DNA of 64,000 nucleotides from Akkermansiaceae bacterium (GCA_947462535.1 CANHPN010000008.1:4514-68513); one strand, 5' to 3'; shown: positions 19,095 to 28,951, counted from the first letter of the stretch. Numbers and translations are program-made. The notes: generated by a model from the sequence alone, not told the origin.

Positions 19095-20897
19095 ATGCTT
19101 AATTTATTCATTGTTCCTTTCATCGCCTCGATCAGCGGCAGCGGAGGCGGCACCATGGGAAGCGGCCTCAAGTTCGATCTCGATCTGGTCGATTGGGTCA
19201 TCCTCGCCATCTATTTGGTGTTTGTCATCGGTATCGGCTTTGCGCTGAAACGCCAGAGCAAGACCGCGGAGGATTTCCTGCTTTCGGGCCGTTCGATCCC
19301 CGGTTGGATCACCGGTCTCGCGTTTATTTCGGCGAACCTCGGCGCGCAAGAACTCATCGGAATGGCGGCATCCGGCGCCGAGTATGGTATCATGACCTCC
19401 CACTTTTATTGGGTGGGGGCGATTCCGGCGATGGTGTTCCTCGGTATATTCATGATGCCGATGTATTATGGGTCCAAGGCCAAGTCGGTGCCTGAGTATT
19501 TGAAAATGCGCTACGACGAGCGCACCCGCGTTTTCAACTCGGTCTCGTTCGCATTCATGACGATTTTTTCGTCCGGTATCTCGATGCACGCGCTCGCCGA
19601 TTTGCTCACCACGCTGGTCGGGTGGAATTACTATGGCTGGCTCGTCGTCACTTCGGTGATCGTCCTGGCCTATGTCCTCAAAGGCGGCTTGAGCTCGGCG
19701 ATCTATAACGAAGTGCTGCAATTCTTCATGATCGTCTTCGGCATCGCGCCGCTGGCCTATCTGGCCCTGAAAAATGTCGGTGGCTGGGACGGCCTCGTTA
19801 CCAAGCTGCAGGCATCCCCGCTCGGTGATGGAGCCATTCATTCGTGGGCGCAAACCGCCACCGGCGACAATCCGATGGGTGTGCCGTGGTATGGCATCAT
19901 CTTCGGCCTCGGCTTTGTTCTTTCCTTCGGTTACTGGACCACGAACTTCGCAGAAGTGCAGCGCGCGCTGGCCGCGAACTCGATGGGAGCAGCCCGCCGC
20001 ACACCTATCGTCGGAGCGATTCCTAAAATGTTGTTCCCGGCGATCGTCATCCTTCCCGGCATGATCGCCTACGCGCTCACCTTGGACGGCGCCTCTAGCG
20101 GCTACGCGATTCCTGCGAAGCTTGATGCAAATGGTGTTGCCATGCTCGACAGCGCGGGCAGAGCGGTGATGAATTACAATCAGGTGCTGCCCTCGATGAT
20201 CCTCCACTATTTCCCGAACGGGCTGTTGGGACTGGCGCTTACCGCGCTCATGGCATCCTTCATGTCCGGCATGGCGGCGAACGTGACTGCGTTCAATACC
20301 GTATGGACCTATGACCTCTACTCGCAGATGACGGGCGGCAAGAAGACCGACCGGCAGCTTTTGAACATGGGCAAAGTCGCCACCATCGCCGGCATCATCC
20401 TGGCCATGGGTTGCGCGCTGATCGCGGCGAAGTACAACAACATCATGGCGATTCTCCAGTTGGTCTTCGGCTTCGTGAACGCACCGTTGTTCGCAACTTT
20501 CCTGTTGGGGATGTTCACCAGGCGTTCCAACAATGCGGGGGCGTTCTGGGGCCTGTTGATTGGCACTGGCACCGCGGTGGTTTTCCATGGCCTGTCCTGG
20601 GTCACCGGCAATGGACCTGGTGTCAAGGGTGCATGGATTTCCCAGGTTTTCGAGTATCCAAAGGATCTCTCGCAAAGCTTCATGGTGGCCATTGTCGCCT
20701 TCAGCGTTACCTTCATCATCAACGCCGGCCTCTCGCTCACTTCCGGGCGCAACAAGACGGATGAGGAACTTGCCGGTCTGGTTTATTCTCTCACACCCAA
20801 ACAACTGTCAGGTCACGAAGCATGGATCATGCGGCCCGCAGTGCTTGGGACCATCGTCATGATCGCTGCGATCGCTCTCAATATCATCTTCTGGTAA
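19095..20897 (+). CDS. Sodium:solute symporter (SGLT-like sugar transporter; start may be ATG 19155)
   Basis: FLLSGRS, SANLGAQELIGMAASGAEYG, EYLKMRY, ASFMSG; many TM helices. Confidence 0.93.
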   Translation: MLNLFIVPFIASISGSGGGTMGSGLKFDLDLVDWVILAIYLVFVIGIGFALKRQSKTAEDFLLSGRSIPGWITGLAFISANLGAQELIGMAASGAEYGIMTSHFYWVGAIPAMVFLGIFMMPMYYGSKAKSVPEYLKMRYDERTRVFNSVSFAFMTIFSSGISMHALADLLTTLVGWNYYGWLVVTSVIVLAYVLKGGLSSAIYNEVLQFFMIVFGIAPLAYLALKNVGGWDGLVTKLQASPLGDGAIHSWAQTATGDNPMGVPWYGIIFGLGFVLSFGYWTTNFAEVQRALAANSMGAARRTPIVGAIPKMLFPAIVILPGMIAYALTLDGASSGYAIPAKLDANGVAMLDSAGRAVMNYNQVLPSMILHYFPNGLLGLALTALMASFMSGMAANVTAFNTVWTYDLYSQMTGGKKTDRQLLNMGKVATIAGIILAMGCALIAAKYNNIMAILQLVFGFVNAPLFATFLLGMFTRRSNNAGAFWGLLIGTGTAVVFHGLSWVTGNGPGVKGAWISQVFEYPKDLSQSFMVAIVAFSVTFIINAGLSLTSGRNKTDEELAGLVYSLTPKQLSGHEAWIMRPAVLGTIVMIAAIALNIIFW

Positions 20898-20918
20898 AAC
20901 CACCAACCCACTACTCCC

Positions 20919-21113
20919 ATGGACCTTCGACTTCCGATTGGCATCATCTTCACCATCTACGGATTTATCCTGATCGGGTATGGACTCATCACAAAAGGCA
21001 GTAAGATTTACGAGAAATCGCTCAATATCAACGTCAACATCTGGTGGGGAATCCTACTCCTCATCTTCGGTCTGGTGATGTATTATTACGCAAAACGCGG
21101 CAAAAAATCCTGA
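20919..21113 (+). CDS. Small 2-TM membrane protein downstream of the symporter
   Basis: MDLRLPIG...NVNIWWG; two hydrophobic segments. Confidence 0.8.
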   Translation: MDLRLPIGIIFTIYGFILIGYGLITKGSKIYEKSLNINVNIWWGILLLIFGLVMYYYAKRGKKS

Positions 21114-21131
21114 GGTCGAATCACCGCACTT

Positions 21132-21740
21132 GTGAAGATTTCCCTCTATACCGGCGGCCTCGTCCAGACGAACGGCTACCTCGTCGAGACTCCCGACGGC
21201 AATCTCCTCATCGACGCGCCCGAGGGAATCGCCGAGTGGATCACCCGCCGCGGCGTGCGCGTCGATGACGTGCTGCTCACCCACCAGCACTACGACCACG
21301 TCACCGACGCCGCGGCGCTCAGAGCCCTCGGTGCCCGGCTTTACGCTTACGCCGACTATTCCAAGGACCTCACCTTGGAATCGATGGCCCGCTCGTGGGG
21401 GCTGCCGATCTCGGTGACTCCCTATCAAATCGACCGGTTGTTCGTGATGACCCAACCGCTGCGGATCGCGGGGCTGGAAATCTCCCTCGCCCACGTCCCC
21501 GGTCACTCGTCCGACAGCGTGACGTTCTATCTGGCGGATCACGGGGTTGTGTTCTCGGGCGACACGCTTTTCGCCGGCTCCATCGGCCGGACGGATCTTC
21601 CGGGCGGCAGCACCACGGAGTTGCTAGACGGCATCGCCAGCCACCTCATGACCTTGCCTTCCGAGACGCGCGTGCTGCCGGGGCACGGGCCTGGGACGAC
21701 CATTGGCGGGGAAGCGGTGGGAAATCCCTATCTGGATTGA
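21132..21740 (+). CDS. MBL-fold metallo-hydrolase (glyoxalase II-like)
   Basis: LLTHQHYDH, PGHS, SGDTLFAGSIGRTDLPGG, PGHGP. Confidence 0.9.
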   Translation: MKISLYTGGLVQTNGYLVETPDGNLLIDAPEGIAEWITRRGVRVDDVLLTHQHYDHVTDAAALRALGARLYAYADYSKDLTLESMARSWGLPISVTPYQIDRLFVMTQPLRIAGLEISLAHVPGHSSDSVTFYLADHGVVFSGDTLFAGSIGRTDLPGGSTTELLDGIASHLMTLPSETRVLPGHGPGTTIGGEAVGNPYLD

Positions 21741-21775
21741 GGCTCCCAACTGAGACAGCCGGGACATATTCCCGC

Positions 21776-22912
21776 TCACAGCGCGGCGGCGATTTTCTCC
21801 AGGCCTTCGAGCATCCGCGCGCGCGGGCAGCCGAAGTTGAAGCGGATCCAGCCGGGCCAGCCGAAGTAGGCTCCGTCGGATAGAAAGAGTCCGGCATATT
21901 TCTCGAAGTGCTGCGCGGGGTTCTCCACACCCATGCCGCGCGCGTCGATCCAGGCGAGGTAGGTGGCCTCGCCGGCCCGCACGGACAATCCGGGGCAGCG
22001 GGTGTTGATGAAGTCGACGAGGAGGTCGCGGTTGGCTTTCAGGTAGTCCATCAGCTCCAATCGCCACGGTTCGCCCTCGCGGTAGGCGGCCTCGGCGGCG
22101 TAGTAGGAGAGGGCGCTGATCTCGGAAAGCGTGTGGCCGCGCACGGCGGCGAACTTGCGGCGGATGCTGTCGTCCGGGATCACGGCGAAGGCGTAACCGA
22201 GGCCGGCGATGTTCCACGTCTTGCTCGGGGCGAGCAGCGTGATCGTGCGCTTGGCGAGGTTTTCCGGCAGGTTCAACGCGGAGAAGTGCGGGGTGGCGGT
22301 CTCGTCGAAAACGAGGTCGCAGTGGATCTCGTCGGAGACGAGCACGAGGTCGTGGGTCTCGCAGAAGACGGCGAGTTTCTCCATCTCCGCAGCGGAGAAG
22401 ACGCGGCCTAACGGGTTTTGCGGGTTGCAGAGTAGAAAGACCTTTGTTTCCGCAGTCACGGCGTTTTCCATGGCCTCCCAGTCGAAGCTCCATTGTCCGT
22501 CGGCGAGCGCGTGATCGACAGTGATGAGCGAGACATGCGCGTCGTGATGGACGCCGATGAATGGCGGATAAACCGGGGTGCAGGTCATGACCGCGTCGCC
22601 GGGTTGGCAGAACGCCCGTGCGGCGAGCGAAAGCGCGGGCACCAGGCCGCCGAGGTGGATGATGTGCTCCAGCGGCACGCCCGCTCCACGGCGGTCTCGC
22701 AGATAAGTGATGACGGCCTCGTTCAATCCCTCATGCGGCTGGGCATAGCCGAAGACGCCGTGGTCCACGCGCTTGTGCAGCGCGTGGAGGATCGCGGGGG
22801 CGGAGGCGAAATCCATGTCCGCGACCCAGAACGGATCGAGCTCAGGACGGCGGTCGTATTTGATGCAGCCGGTCCCGCGGCGCTGAATCAGGGAGTCGAA
22901 GTCGAAATGCAT
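21776..22912 (-). CDS. PatB/MalY family PLP-dependent C-S lyase
   Basis: WVADMDF, CNPQNPLGRV, SDEIHCD, PSKTWNIAGL. Confidence 0.92.
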   Translation of the reverse strand: MHFDFDSLIQRRGTGCIKYDRRPELDPFWVADMDFASAPAILHALHKRVDHGVFGYAQPHEGLNEAVITYLRDRRGAGVPLEHIIHLGGLVPALSLAARAFCQPGDAVMTCTPVYPPFIGVHHDAHVSLITVDHALADGQWSFDWEAMENAVTAETKVFLLCNPQNPLGRVFSAAEMEKLAVFCETHDLVLVSDEIHCDLVFDETATPHFSALNLPENLAKRTITLLAPSKTWNIAGLGYAFAVIPDDSIRRKFAAVRGHTLSEISALSYYAAEAAYREGEPWRLELMDYLKANRDLLVDFINTRCPGLSVRAGEATYLAWIDARGMGVENPAQHFEKYAGLFLSDGAYFGWPGWIRFNFGCPRARMLEGLEKIAAAL

Positions 22913-23023
22913 GGCGCGGGACTTGTGGCGGTGCGGCGGGGAAGTTTCAAGTCCGGGGTTTTGCCAGGAGGACGGGCGACGGGATGATGAAGCGCGAGCC
23001 GGGTCGCTAACATATCATACCGG

Positions 23024-23785
23024 TCACTCGCCTTGCAGCACCTCGACTCCGCGCCCCTGGAGTTTCTCGATGAACTCTTTGTCAGCGGCTTTGTCAGTGA
23101 CAAGGCAACTGAGGTCCGCGACTTCCGCGAAGAAGAAGGCGGCCTTTTGACCCAGTTTGGAATGGTCGGCGAGGAACACCACGTCCTCCGAGTTGGCGAT
23201 GACCCGCTCTTTAAAGGCTGCCTGCCGGGCGTTGCTCTCGCTGGCACCGCGTTCGAGATGGAGCCCGTTTCCCGAGAAGAACATCCGGTGGATGTTATAG
23301 CGTTGCAGGGACTTTTCGGCCGTCAGTCCGATGAACGAGCGCGACTTGGGGTCGAACAAACCGCCGGTGCAGATCAGGTCGAGATTCGGCCGGTCGGCCA
23401 GCGCGGTGAACACGTTGAGCGCGTTGGTCAGGATGGTGAGTGGCAGGTCCGGCAGGAATTCCGCGAGCGTCAACACCGTCGAGCTCGCATCGAGGAAAAT
23501 CGTCTCGTTCGCCTGGATCCGGCTCGCCGCCAGACGGGCGATCGCCTGTTTGTCCTCTCGCCGGATCGCCTGGCGCTCGGTGAAGGGGAGTTCTCCGCGG
23601 ATTCGCTCCGGACGGCTCGCCCCGCCGTGGGTCCGGATCAGCTCGCCGCGTTTCTCGAGGATTTCGAAATCCTTGCGGACGGTTTCATCCGTGACGCCGA
23701 GATCCGCCGCAGTCTCCATGGTGCGCAAAGATCCCGTTCCGTTGAGGAGTTCTAAAATCCGGCGTTGGCGGTCGATGGCGAGCAT
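23024..23785 (-). CDS. DeoR/GlpR-family transcriptional regulator of the BMC operon
   Basis: GVTDETVRKD HTH, RTHGGA, IFLDASST, LADHSK; divergent from the BMC genes. Confidence 0.92.
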   Translation of the reverse strand: MLAIDRQRRILELLNGTGSLRTMETAADLGVTDETVRKDFEILEKRGELIRTHGGASRPERIRGELPFTERQAIRREDKQAIARLAASRIQANETIFLDASSTVLTLAEFLPDLPLTILTNALNVFTALADRPNLDLICTGGLFDPKSRSFIGLTAEKSLQRYNIHRMFFSGNGLHLERGASESNARQAAFKERVIANSEDVVFLADHSKLGQKAAFFFAEVADLSCLVTDKAADKEFIEKLQGRGVEVLQGE

Positions 23786-23869
23786 GATTGGGGAAAATCT
23801 TTGTTTTGTTGGGAATTTTTGGTTTTTAAGTTGACTTGTCAATCATATCCAACAAAAACAAACCCACAG
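23786..23869. promoter_or_regulatory. Divergent promoter/operator region
   Basis: Inverted pair tttgttttgttggga (23800-23814) / tccaacaaaaacaaa (23848-23862); central near-palindrome TTGACttGTCAA (23831-23842) giving back-to-back -35-like boxes. Confidence 0.6.
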
Positions 23870-24550
23870 ATGGCCGCACCGATTTCCCAATCCACGCCCC
23901 GCGCAGTCGTTGAGCACCTTGTTCGGGAGCAAGTTTACGCCAGCATGGGGCTCTCCCTACCCGCCGCGTCGAAGGCTCCCAACGCGTTGCTCGTCAACAT
24001 TTCCGCCCGCCACTGCCACCTGACGCAGGCCGCCGTTGAAGCGCTTTTCGGTCCCGGACACCAGCTCACGCCAATGAAGGGTCTCTATCAAAACGGCCAA
24101 TACGCCGCCAAGGAGTCCATCACCCTCATCGGACCGCGCAGCCGGATCATTTCCAATCTCCGCATCCTCGGTCCCTGCCGGGATCTCAACCAGGTCGAGC
24201 TCGCCTACACCGACGCGATTTCCCTCGGCTTCGACATTCCGGTCGCCATGTCCGGCGCGATCAAGGGCACTCCCGGCTGCATGCTGATGGGCCCGCACGG
24301 TTATTTCCAAATGGACGAGGGCGTCATCCGCGCCCAGCCGCACGTCCACATGCATCCTGATGACGCCGCTTTCTACGGCGTCAAGCACCTCGACACCATG
24401 AAACTGAAAGTCCACGGCCCGCTTGCCATGACTTTCGACAAACTCGTCGTCCGCGTGGATCCCTCGTTCAAACTCGAAGTCCACATCGACACCGACGAGG
24501 GCAACGCCTGCGGCCTCAAGCCCGACACTTTCTGCGAACTCACCAAGTAA
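23870..24550 (+). CDS. pduL: PduL-type phosphotransacylase
   Basis: ISARHCHL, LRILGP.R...QVEL...DA..LG, HVHMHP.DA, EVHIDTDEGNA. Confidence 0.92.
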   Translation: MAAPISQSTPRAVVEHLVREQVYASMGLSLPAASKAPNALLVNISARHCHLTQAAVEALFGPGHQLTPMKGLYQNGQYAAKESITLIGPRSRIISNLRILGPCRDLNQVELAYTDAISLGFDIPVAMSGAIKGTPGCMLMGPHGYFQMDEGVIRAQPHVHMHPDDAAFYGVKHLDTMKLKVHGPLAMTFDKLVVRVDPSFKLEVHIDTDEGNACGLKPDTFCELTK

Positions 24551-24583
24551 TCTCAATCCAATCCCACATCACCAACTAACATT

Positions 24584-24856
24584 ATGAGCACTGCACTCGG
24601 CATGATCGAAACCAAAGGCTACGTCGGCAGCGTCGAAGCCACAGACGCAATGGCCAAAGCTGCCAACGTCGAACTTGTGAAACAAATCCAAACCGGCGGT
24701 GGCTTCCTCACCGTCCTCGTCAAAGGCGACGTCGGCAGCGTGAAAGCTGCCGTTGACGCGGGTGCCGAAGCCGCCGGTCGCGTCGGCGAACTGGTTTCCT
24801 CGCACGTCATCGCCCGGCCGCACGCCGAGCTCCTCAGCCAGTTCGGCATCGCCTGA
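24584..24856 (+). CDS. BMC-H shell hexamer protein 1
   Basis: ALGMIETKG, DAMAKAANV, GDVGSVKAAVDAG, VIARPH. Confidence 0.95.
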   Translation: MSTALGMIETKGYVGSVEATDAMAKAANVELVKQIQTGGGFLTVLVKGDVGSVKAAVDAGAEAAGRVGELVSSHVIARPHAELLSQFGIA

Positions 24857-24890
24857 TCCTCAATTCCAACCAATCTAACTTACCACTACC

Positions 24891-25169
24891 ATGGCCAAGC
24901 AAGCAATCGGCATTATCGAAACCAAAGGTTTCGTCGCCCTCATCGAAGCCTCCGACGCCGCCCTCAAGGCCGCCGATATCAAAATGACCGGCTGGGATAA
25001 AATCGGCTCCGGCCTTGTCACTGGTTTCTTCACCGGCGACGTCGCCGCAGTGAAAGCCGGCCTCGACGCCGCCGCTGCGGCCGGATCCAAGATCGGCACT
25101 GTCACCTCGGTGCAAATCATCCCGCGTCCGCACGACGACCTGTCGAAGCTCGGCACCTGGATCGCCTGA
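24891..25169 (+). CDS. BMC-H shell hexamer protein 2
   Basis: AIGIIETKG, DAALKAA, GDVAAVKA, IIPRPH. Confidence 0.95.
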   Translation: MAKQAIGIIETKGFVALIEASDAALKAADIKMTGWDKIGSGLVTGFFTGDVAAVKAGLDAAAAAGSKIGTVTSVQIIPRPHDDLSKLGTWIA

Positions 25170-25182
25170 TATTTTTCCGGCG

Positions 25183-25206
25183 TTTCAGTATTTCAGTATT
25201 TCAGCT
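25183..25206 (+). repeat. 8-bp tandem repeat (TTTCAGTA)2 TTTCAGCT
   Basis: Seen directly. Confidence 0.8.
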
Positions 25207-25215
25207 TCTATCAAG

Positions 25216-26391
25216 ATGCTCGTCCTCGTCGCCAACCTCGGCTCGACCTCCTTCAAATACCGCCTCTTCCGCATGGATGAGAGCGGTGGCGAGGTGGTTG
25301 CCAAGGGCGGCTACGAGCGGGTGACCGATCATGCCGTCGTCATCGAAGACGCCTTGGGGACGCTTCAACGCGACGGGATCATCGCCAGCCCGGATGAAAT
25401 CGACGCCGTCGGATTCAAGACCGTTTTGGGCAAGGATCTCAGCGGCTGCGTGATCGCCGATCAAAAGACGATCGACGCGCTCGACGGCTTCACTGCGGTC
25501 GCTCCCGCCCACAATCCGCCTTACGCGGCCGGCATCCGGCAGTTTGAAAAAGCGCTGCCTAACGCCCGCCTCGTCGCGCTGTTTGAAACCGCCTTCTATC
25601 AGTGGACCCCGCCGGCGTTTCACAGCTACGCCATCCCGCAAGCCTGGCGCGACATCGGCATCCGCCGCTATGGATTTCACGGCGCGAGCCACAAGTTCAT
25701 CGCCGAGCGCTCCGCCGAGCTTTGCGGCCGCGACGACGTCGCGGAAATCGCCCGCCGCCTCTATCTGGATGGTCCGCAAGTCGTCAGCGGCAAACCGTTC
25801 CGCGTCATTTCCTGCCACCTCGGCGGTTCCAGTTCTGTTACCGGGATCCGCGATGGCGTGGCCATAGGATCCAGCATGGGATTTTCCCCGCAAAGCGGAC
25901 TCCCGCAAAACAACCGCGTCGGCGATCTCGATTCCGCCGCGATTCCCTTCGCCATGCGCACGCTGGGCATCTCGCTCGACGAGGCCGAGCGCCAGCTCAC
26001 CAAGGAGTCCGGGCTCCTCGGATTGTCGGGTGTCTCTAACGACGCACGCGACATCAGGACAGCCGCCGCCGAGGGAAACACCGCCGCCCAGCTCGCGATC
26101 GACGCCAACGTGCATTCGATCCGCCACTGGATCGGTGCCTTCCTCGTCGATCTTGGCGGGCTCGACGCTCTCGTTTTCACCGCCGGTATCGGCGAAAACG
26201 GCGTGGAGACCCGTGCCGCAGTCTGCAAGGACCTCGAAGCGTTCGGCATCCATCTCGATTCCTCGAAGAACGCGGCCTGCCGCGCCACCGAGGCCGTCAT
26301 CAGCACCGATGACTCGCCCGTGAAAATCATCGTCATCCCGGCGAACGAGGAGCTCGTTCTTGCCCGCGAAGTCTATCGCAAGCTTTCCTGA
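25216..26391 (+). CDS. ackA: Acetate/propionate kinase family protein (BMC-associated, variant active site)
   Basis: NLGSTSFKY, APAHNP, YGFHGASH, CHLGGSSS, FTAGIGEN, ANEEL. Confidence 0.9.
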   Translation: MLVLVANLGSTSFKYRLFRMDESGGEVVAKGGYERVTDHAVVIEDALGTLQRDGIIASPDEIDAVGFKTVLGKDLSGCVIADQKTIDALDGFTAVAPAHNPPYAAGIRQFEKALPNARLVALFETAFYQWTPPAFHSYAIPQAWRDIGIRRYGFHGASHKFIAERSAELCGRDDVAEIARRLYLDGPQVVSGKPFRVISCHLGGSSSVTGIRDGVAIGSSMGFSPQSGLPQNNRVGDLDSAAIPFAMRTLGISLDEAERQLTKESGLLGLSGVSNDARDIRTAAAEGNTAAQLAIDANVHSIRHWIGAFLVDLGGLDALVFTAGIGENGVETRAAVCKDLEAFGIHLDSSKNAACRATEAVISTDDSPVKIIVIPANEELVLAREVYRKLS

Positions 26392-26434
26392 TTCTCATTT
26401 CACCTCTCACAACTCACACCAAACTAATACTACC

Positions 26435-26743
26435 ATGGCCAAACAAGCAGTTGGACTCCTCGAAACCCGCGGCCTCGCCTGTCTCGTCGTCGGCGTTGAC
26501 GCGATGCTCAAATCCGCAAACGTCGAACTCGTCGGACCGATGAAACAAGTCGGCAGCGCCCTTTGCAACGCGGTCGTCTCCGGCGATGTCGCCGCAGTGA
26601 AAGCCGCCCTCGATGCCGGCGCCGCCGCCGCATCCGAATCCGGTGAAGTCGTCAGTGCTCACGTCATCGCCCGCCCGGACGATGCGATCGAAGGCGTCCT
26701 GCCGAAGGATGCCGGTGCCGCCGCCCGCGCTCCGCGCAAGTAA
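26435..26743 (+). CDS. BMC-H shell hexamer protein 3
   Basis: AVGLLETRG, DAMLKSANV, GDVAAVKAALDAG, VIARP. Confidence 0.93.
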   Translation: MAKQAVGLLETRGLACLVVGVDAMLKSANVELVGPMKQVGSALCNAVVSGDVAAVKAALDAGAAAASESGEVVSAHVIARPDDAIEGVLPKDAGAAARAPRK

Positions 26744-26804
26744 TTCCTCAACGCCCCGTCCGCGATCCTAACTGGTCGCGGGCGGGGCCTACCCTCAAGC
26801 CCGG

Positions 26805-27113
26805 ATGTTTCTCGCAGAAGTCATCGGACAAGTCGTATCGACGAAAAAGGACGAGCTCATGGTGGGGAGGAAACTTCTCCTGCTCCGTCCCAAGCTCGTT
26901 GACGACAAGGATCCGTCAAAGTTCAAGGACGGCCAAAATACCATTGTCGCGATCGACACGGTGGGCGCCGGTGAGGGCGAGCTCGTGCTCTTCTGCCAGG
27001 GCAGCTCGGCCCGCGCCGCGCAAGGGCTGAAACTCATTCCGGTGGATGCCGCCATCGTCGCGATCATCGACCGCGTCGAAGTCCTCGGCAAAACCGTTTA
27101 CAAAGGCGGTTAG
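26805..27113 (+). CDS. BMC-P pentamer (EutN/CcmL family) 1
   Basis: MFLAEVIGQVVSTKK, VAIDTVGAG.GE.VL, PVDAAIVAIID. Confidence 0.93.
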   Translation: MFLAEVIGQVVSTKKDELMVGRKLLLLRPKLVDDKDPSKFKDGQNTIVAIDTVGAGEGELVLFCQGSSARAAQGLKLIPVDAAIVAIIDRVEVLGKTVYKGG

Positions 27114-27173
27114 TCCGGCCAGTCGATTTAACCGACCAGGCCTCGCGCCATTTTAACAATTTCAATTTCCCGC

Positions 27174-28655
27174 ATGAAAACTCTCGATCCAGAAACCCTT
27201 CGCTCCGTCGTAGAATCTGTCATCTCCCGTCTCGCAACTACCGGTGTCCAGACCCCGCCCGCAGCGGCACCCGCCGCCGCCAAATCATCCTCCTGCGGCT
27301 GCGGTTGCAGCGGTGAAGCCGGCCAACGCGGGGTTTTTACCTGCGTTGACAAGGCCGCCCACGCCGCCACCGACGCCCACCTCCAGTTGAAAAAACTCGG
27401 AGTCGCCGGCCGCGCCAAGGTGATTGAAATCGTCAAAGGCCTGGCCGTCGCGAATGCCGAGCCATGGGGCAAGTTCGAAATGGAGGAGACCAAGATCGGT
27501 CGCCTCGATCACAAGATCGCCAAGCTCCAGATCACCAAGAACGTCCCCGGCACCGAGTGGCTTCAGCCCTACGCAATGAGCGGCGACGGCGGCATCACGC
27601 TCGAGGAATACGCGCCCTTCGGCGTGATCGGCGCGATTCTGCCAGTCACTCACTCGGTCCCGACTCTCACCGGCAACGTCATCAACATGGTGGCCGCCGG
27701 AAATTCCATCGTCTTCAATCCGCATCCCGGTGGCGCCCGCAGCGCCGCCATGGCCGTGCGCGCCTACAACGAAGCGATCTTCCGCGAGATCGGTATTGAT
27801 AACATCATCACCACCATCGAGTCGCCTAGCATCGAGTCCTTCGACCTGCTCTGCAAGAACCCGCTCGTCAATCTGCTCGCCATCACCGGCGGTCCGGCGG
27901 TCGTCAACGCGGCGATGAAATCCGGCAAGCGCGCGATCTGCGCGGGTCCGGGAAATCCCGTGGTCGTCGTCGATGCCACCGCCGACCTTGCCCGCGCGGC
28001 CCGCAACGTCATTGAGGGCGGCGCGTTCGATAACAACCTGCTCTGCATCGGGGAAAAAGTCGTCTTCGTCGTCGGTTCCGTCTTCAACAAATTCTGTGAG
28101 GAACTCACCAAGGCGGGTGCCGCCCGCCTCAACTCGCAGGAACTCGAACGCCTCACCGCCGCCGCATTTACGTTCAAGCCCGGCGAAGGCGGTGGTTGCT
28201 CGCACGCCTCCGTCAACCGCGCCCTCGTCGGTGCCGATCCAGGCGTCCTCGCCCAGCACGCCGGAGCTAACATTCCCGCAGGCACCCAGCTTCTTTTCGC
28301 CGAGACCGACGCCGACCATCCGTTCGTCCAGGAAGAACAAATGATGCCGATGATGCCGATCGTTTCGGTGCCCGACTTCGAAACCGGTGTCCGCGAGGCC
28401 AAGCGCGCCGAGCACAACTACCGCCACTCCGCCATCATCCACACCAAGGACGTCGATCACATGACCTACATGGCCAAGGAAATGGACACCACCATCTTCG
28501 TCAAGAACGGCGCGTCCGTCGCCGGCCTCGGCCTCGGTGGCGAGGGCTATCTTTCTTACTCCATCGCCACCACCACAGGCGAGGGGATTACCACTCCCAA
28601 GACCTTCACCCGCGTCCGCCGCTGCGTGCTCGTGGAAAACCTCCGCATTGTCTGA
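27174..28655 (+). CDS. CoA-acylating aldehyde dehydrogenase (EutE/PduP-like) with N-terminal encapsulation-like peptide
   Basis: PFGVIGAI.P.TH, TGGPAVV, AGPGNP, FDNNLLCIGEK, EEQMMP; N-terminal DPETLRSVVESVISRL amphipathic helix. Confidence 0.93.
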   Translation: MKTLDPETLRSVVESVISRLATTGVQTPPAAAPAAAKSSSCGCGCSGEAGQRGVFTCVDKAAHAATDAHLQLKKLGVAGRAKVIEIVKGLAVANAEPWGKFEMEETKIGRLDHKIAKLQITKNVPGTEWLQPYAMSGDGGITLEEYAPFGVIGAILPVTHSVPTLTGNVINMVAAGNSIVFNPHPGGARSAAMAVRAYNEAIFREIGIDNIITTIESPSIESFDLLCKNPLVNLLAITGGPAVVNAAMKSGKRAICAGPGNPVVVVDATADLARAARNVIEGGAFDNNLLCIGEKVVFVVGSVFNKFCEELTKAGAARLNSQELERLTAAAFTFKPGEGGGCSHASVNRALVGADPGVLAQHAGANIPAGTQLLFAETDADHPFVQEEQMMPMMPIVSVPDFETGVREAKRAEHNYRHSAIIHTKDVDHMTYMAKEMDTTIFVKNGASVAGLGLGGEGYLSYSIATTTGEGITTPKTFTRVRRCVLVENLRIV

Positions 28656-28688
28656 TTTCAGTTTTCAGCTTTTCAGTATTTCAGCTTT
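28656..28688 (+). repeat. TTTCAG(C/T)N tandem repeat, about 4 units
   Basis: Seen directly. Confidence 0.8.
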
Positions 28689-28695
28689 TACCCCA

Positions 28696-28950
28696 ATGTT
28701 TCTCGCTCAAGTCGTCGGCCACGCGGTCAGCAGTCATTCCCACCCCTCCCTCAAGGGACACAAGATGATGCTGTGCCAGGCCATCGACCCCGAGCTCGGA
28801 CCGATCGGCGCGCCGATGGTCGCCATCGACCTCTTCGGAGCCGGCCTTCATTCGAAGGTGATGGTTTCCACCGACGGTCTCGGTGCCCGCCACATCGTCC
28901 ACGACGACAAATCTCCCATCCGCAACTTCATCCAAGGCATCGTTGATTGA
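28696..28950 (+). CDS. BMC-P pentamer (EutN/CcmL family) 2
   Basis: MFLAQVVGHAV, VAIDLFGAG...VMV, GIVD. Confidence 0.9.
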   Translation: MFLAQVVGHAVSSHSHPSLKGHKMMLCQAIDPELGPIGAPMVAIDLFGAGLHSKVMVSTDGLGARHIVHDDKSPIRNFIQGIVD

Positions 28951-28951
28951 G

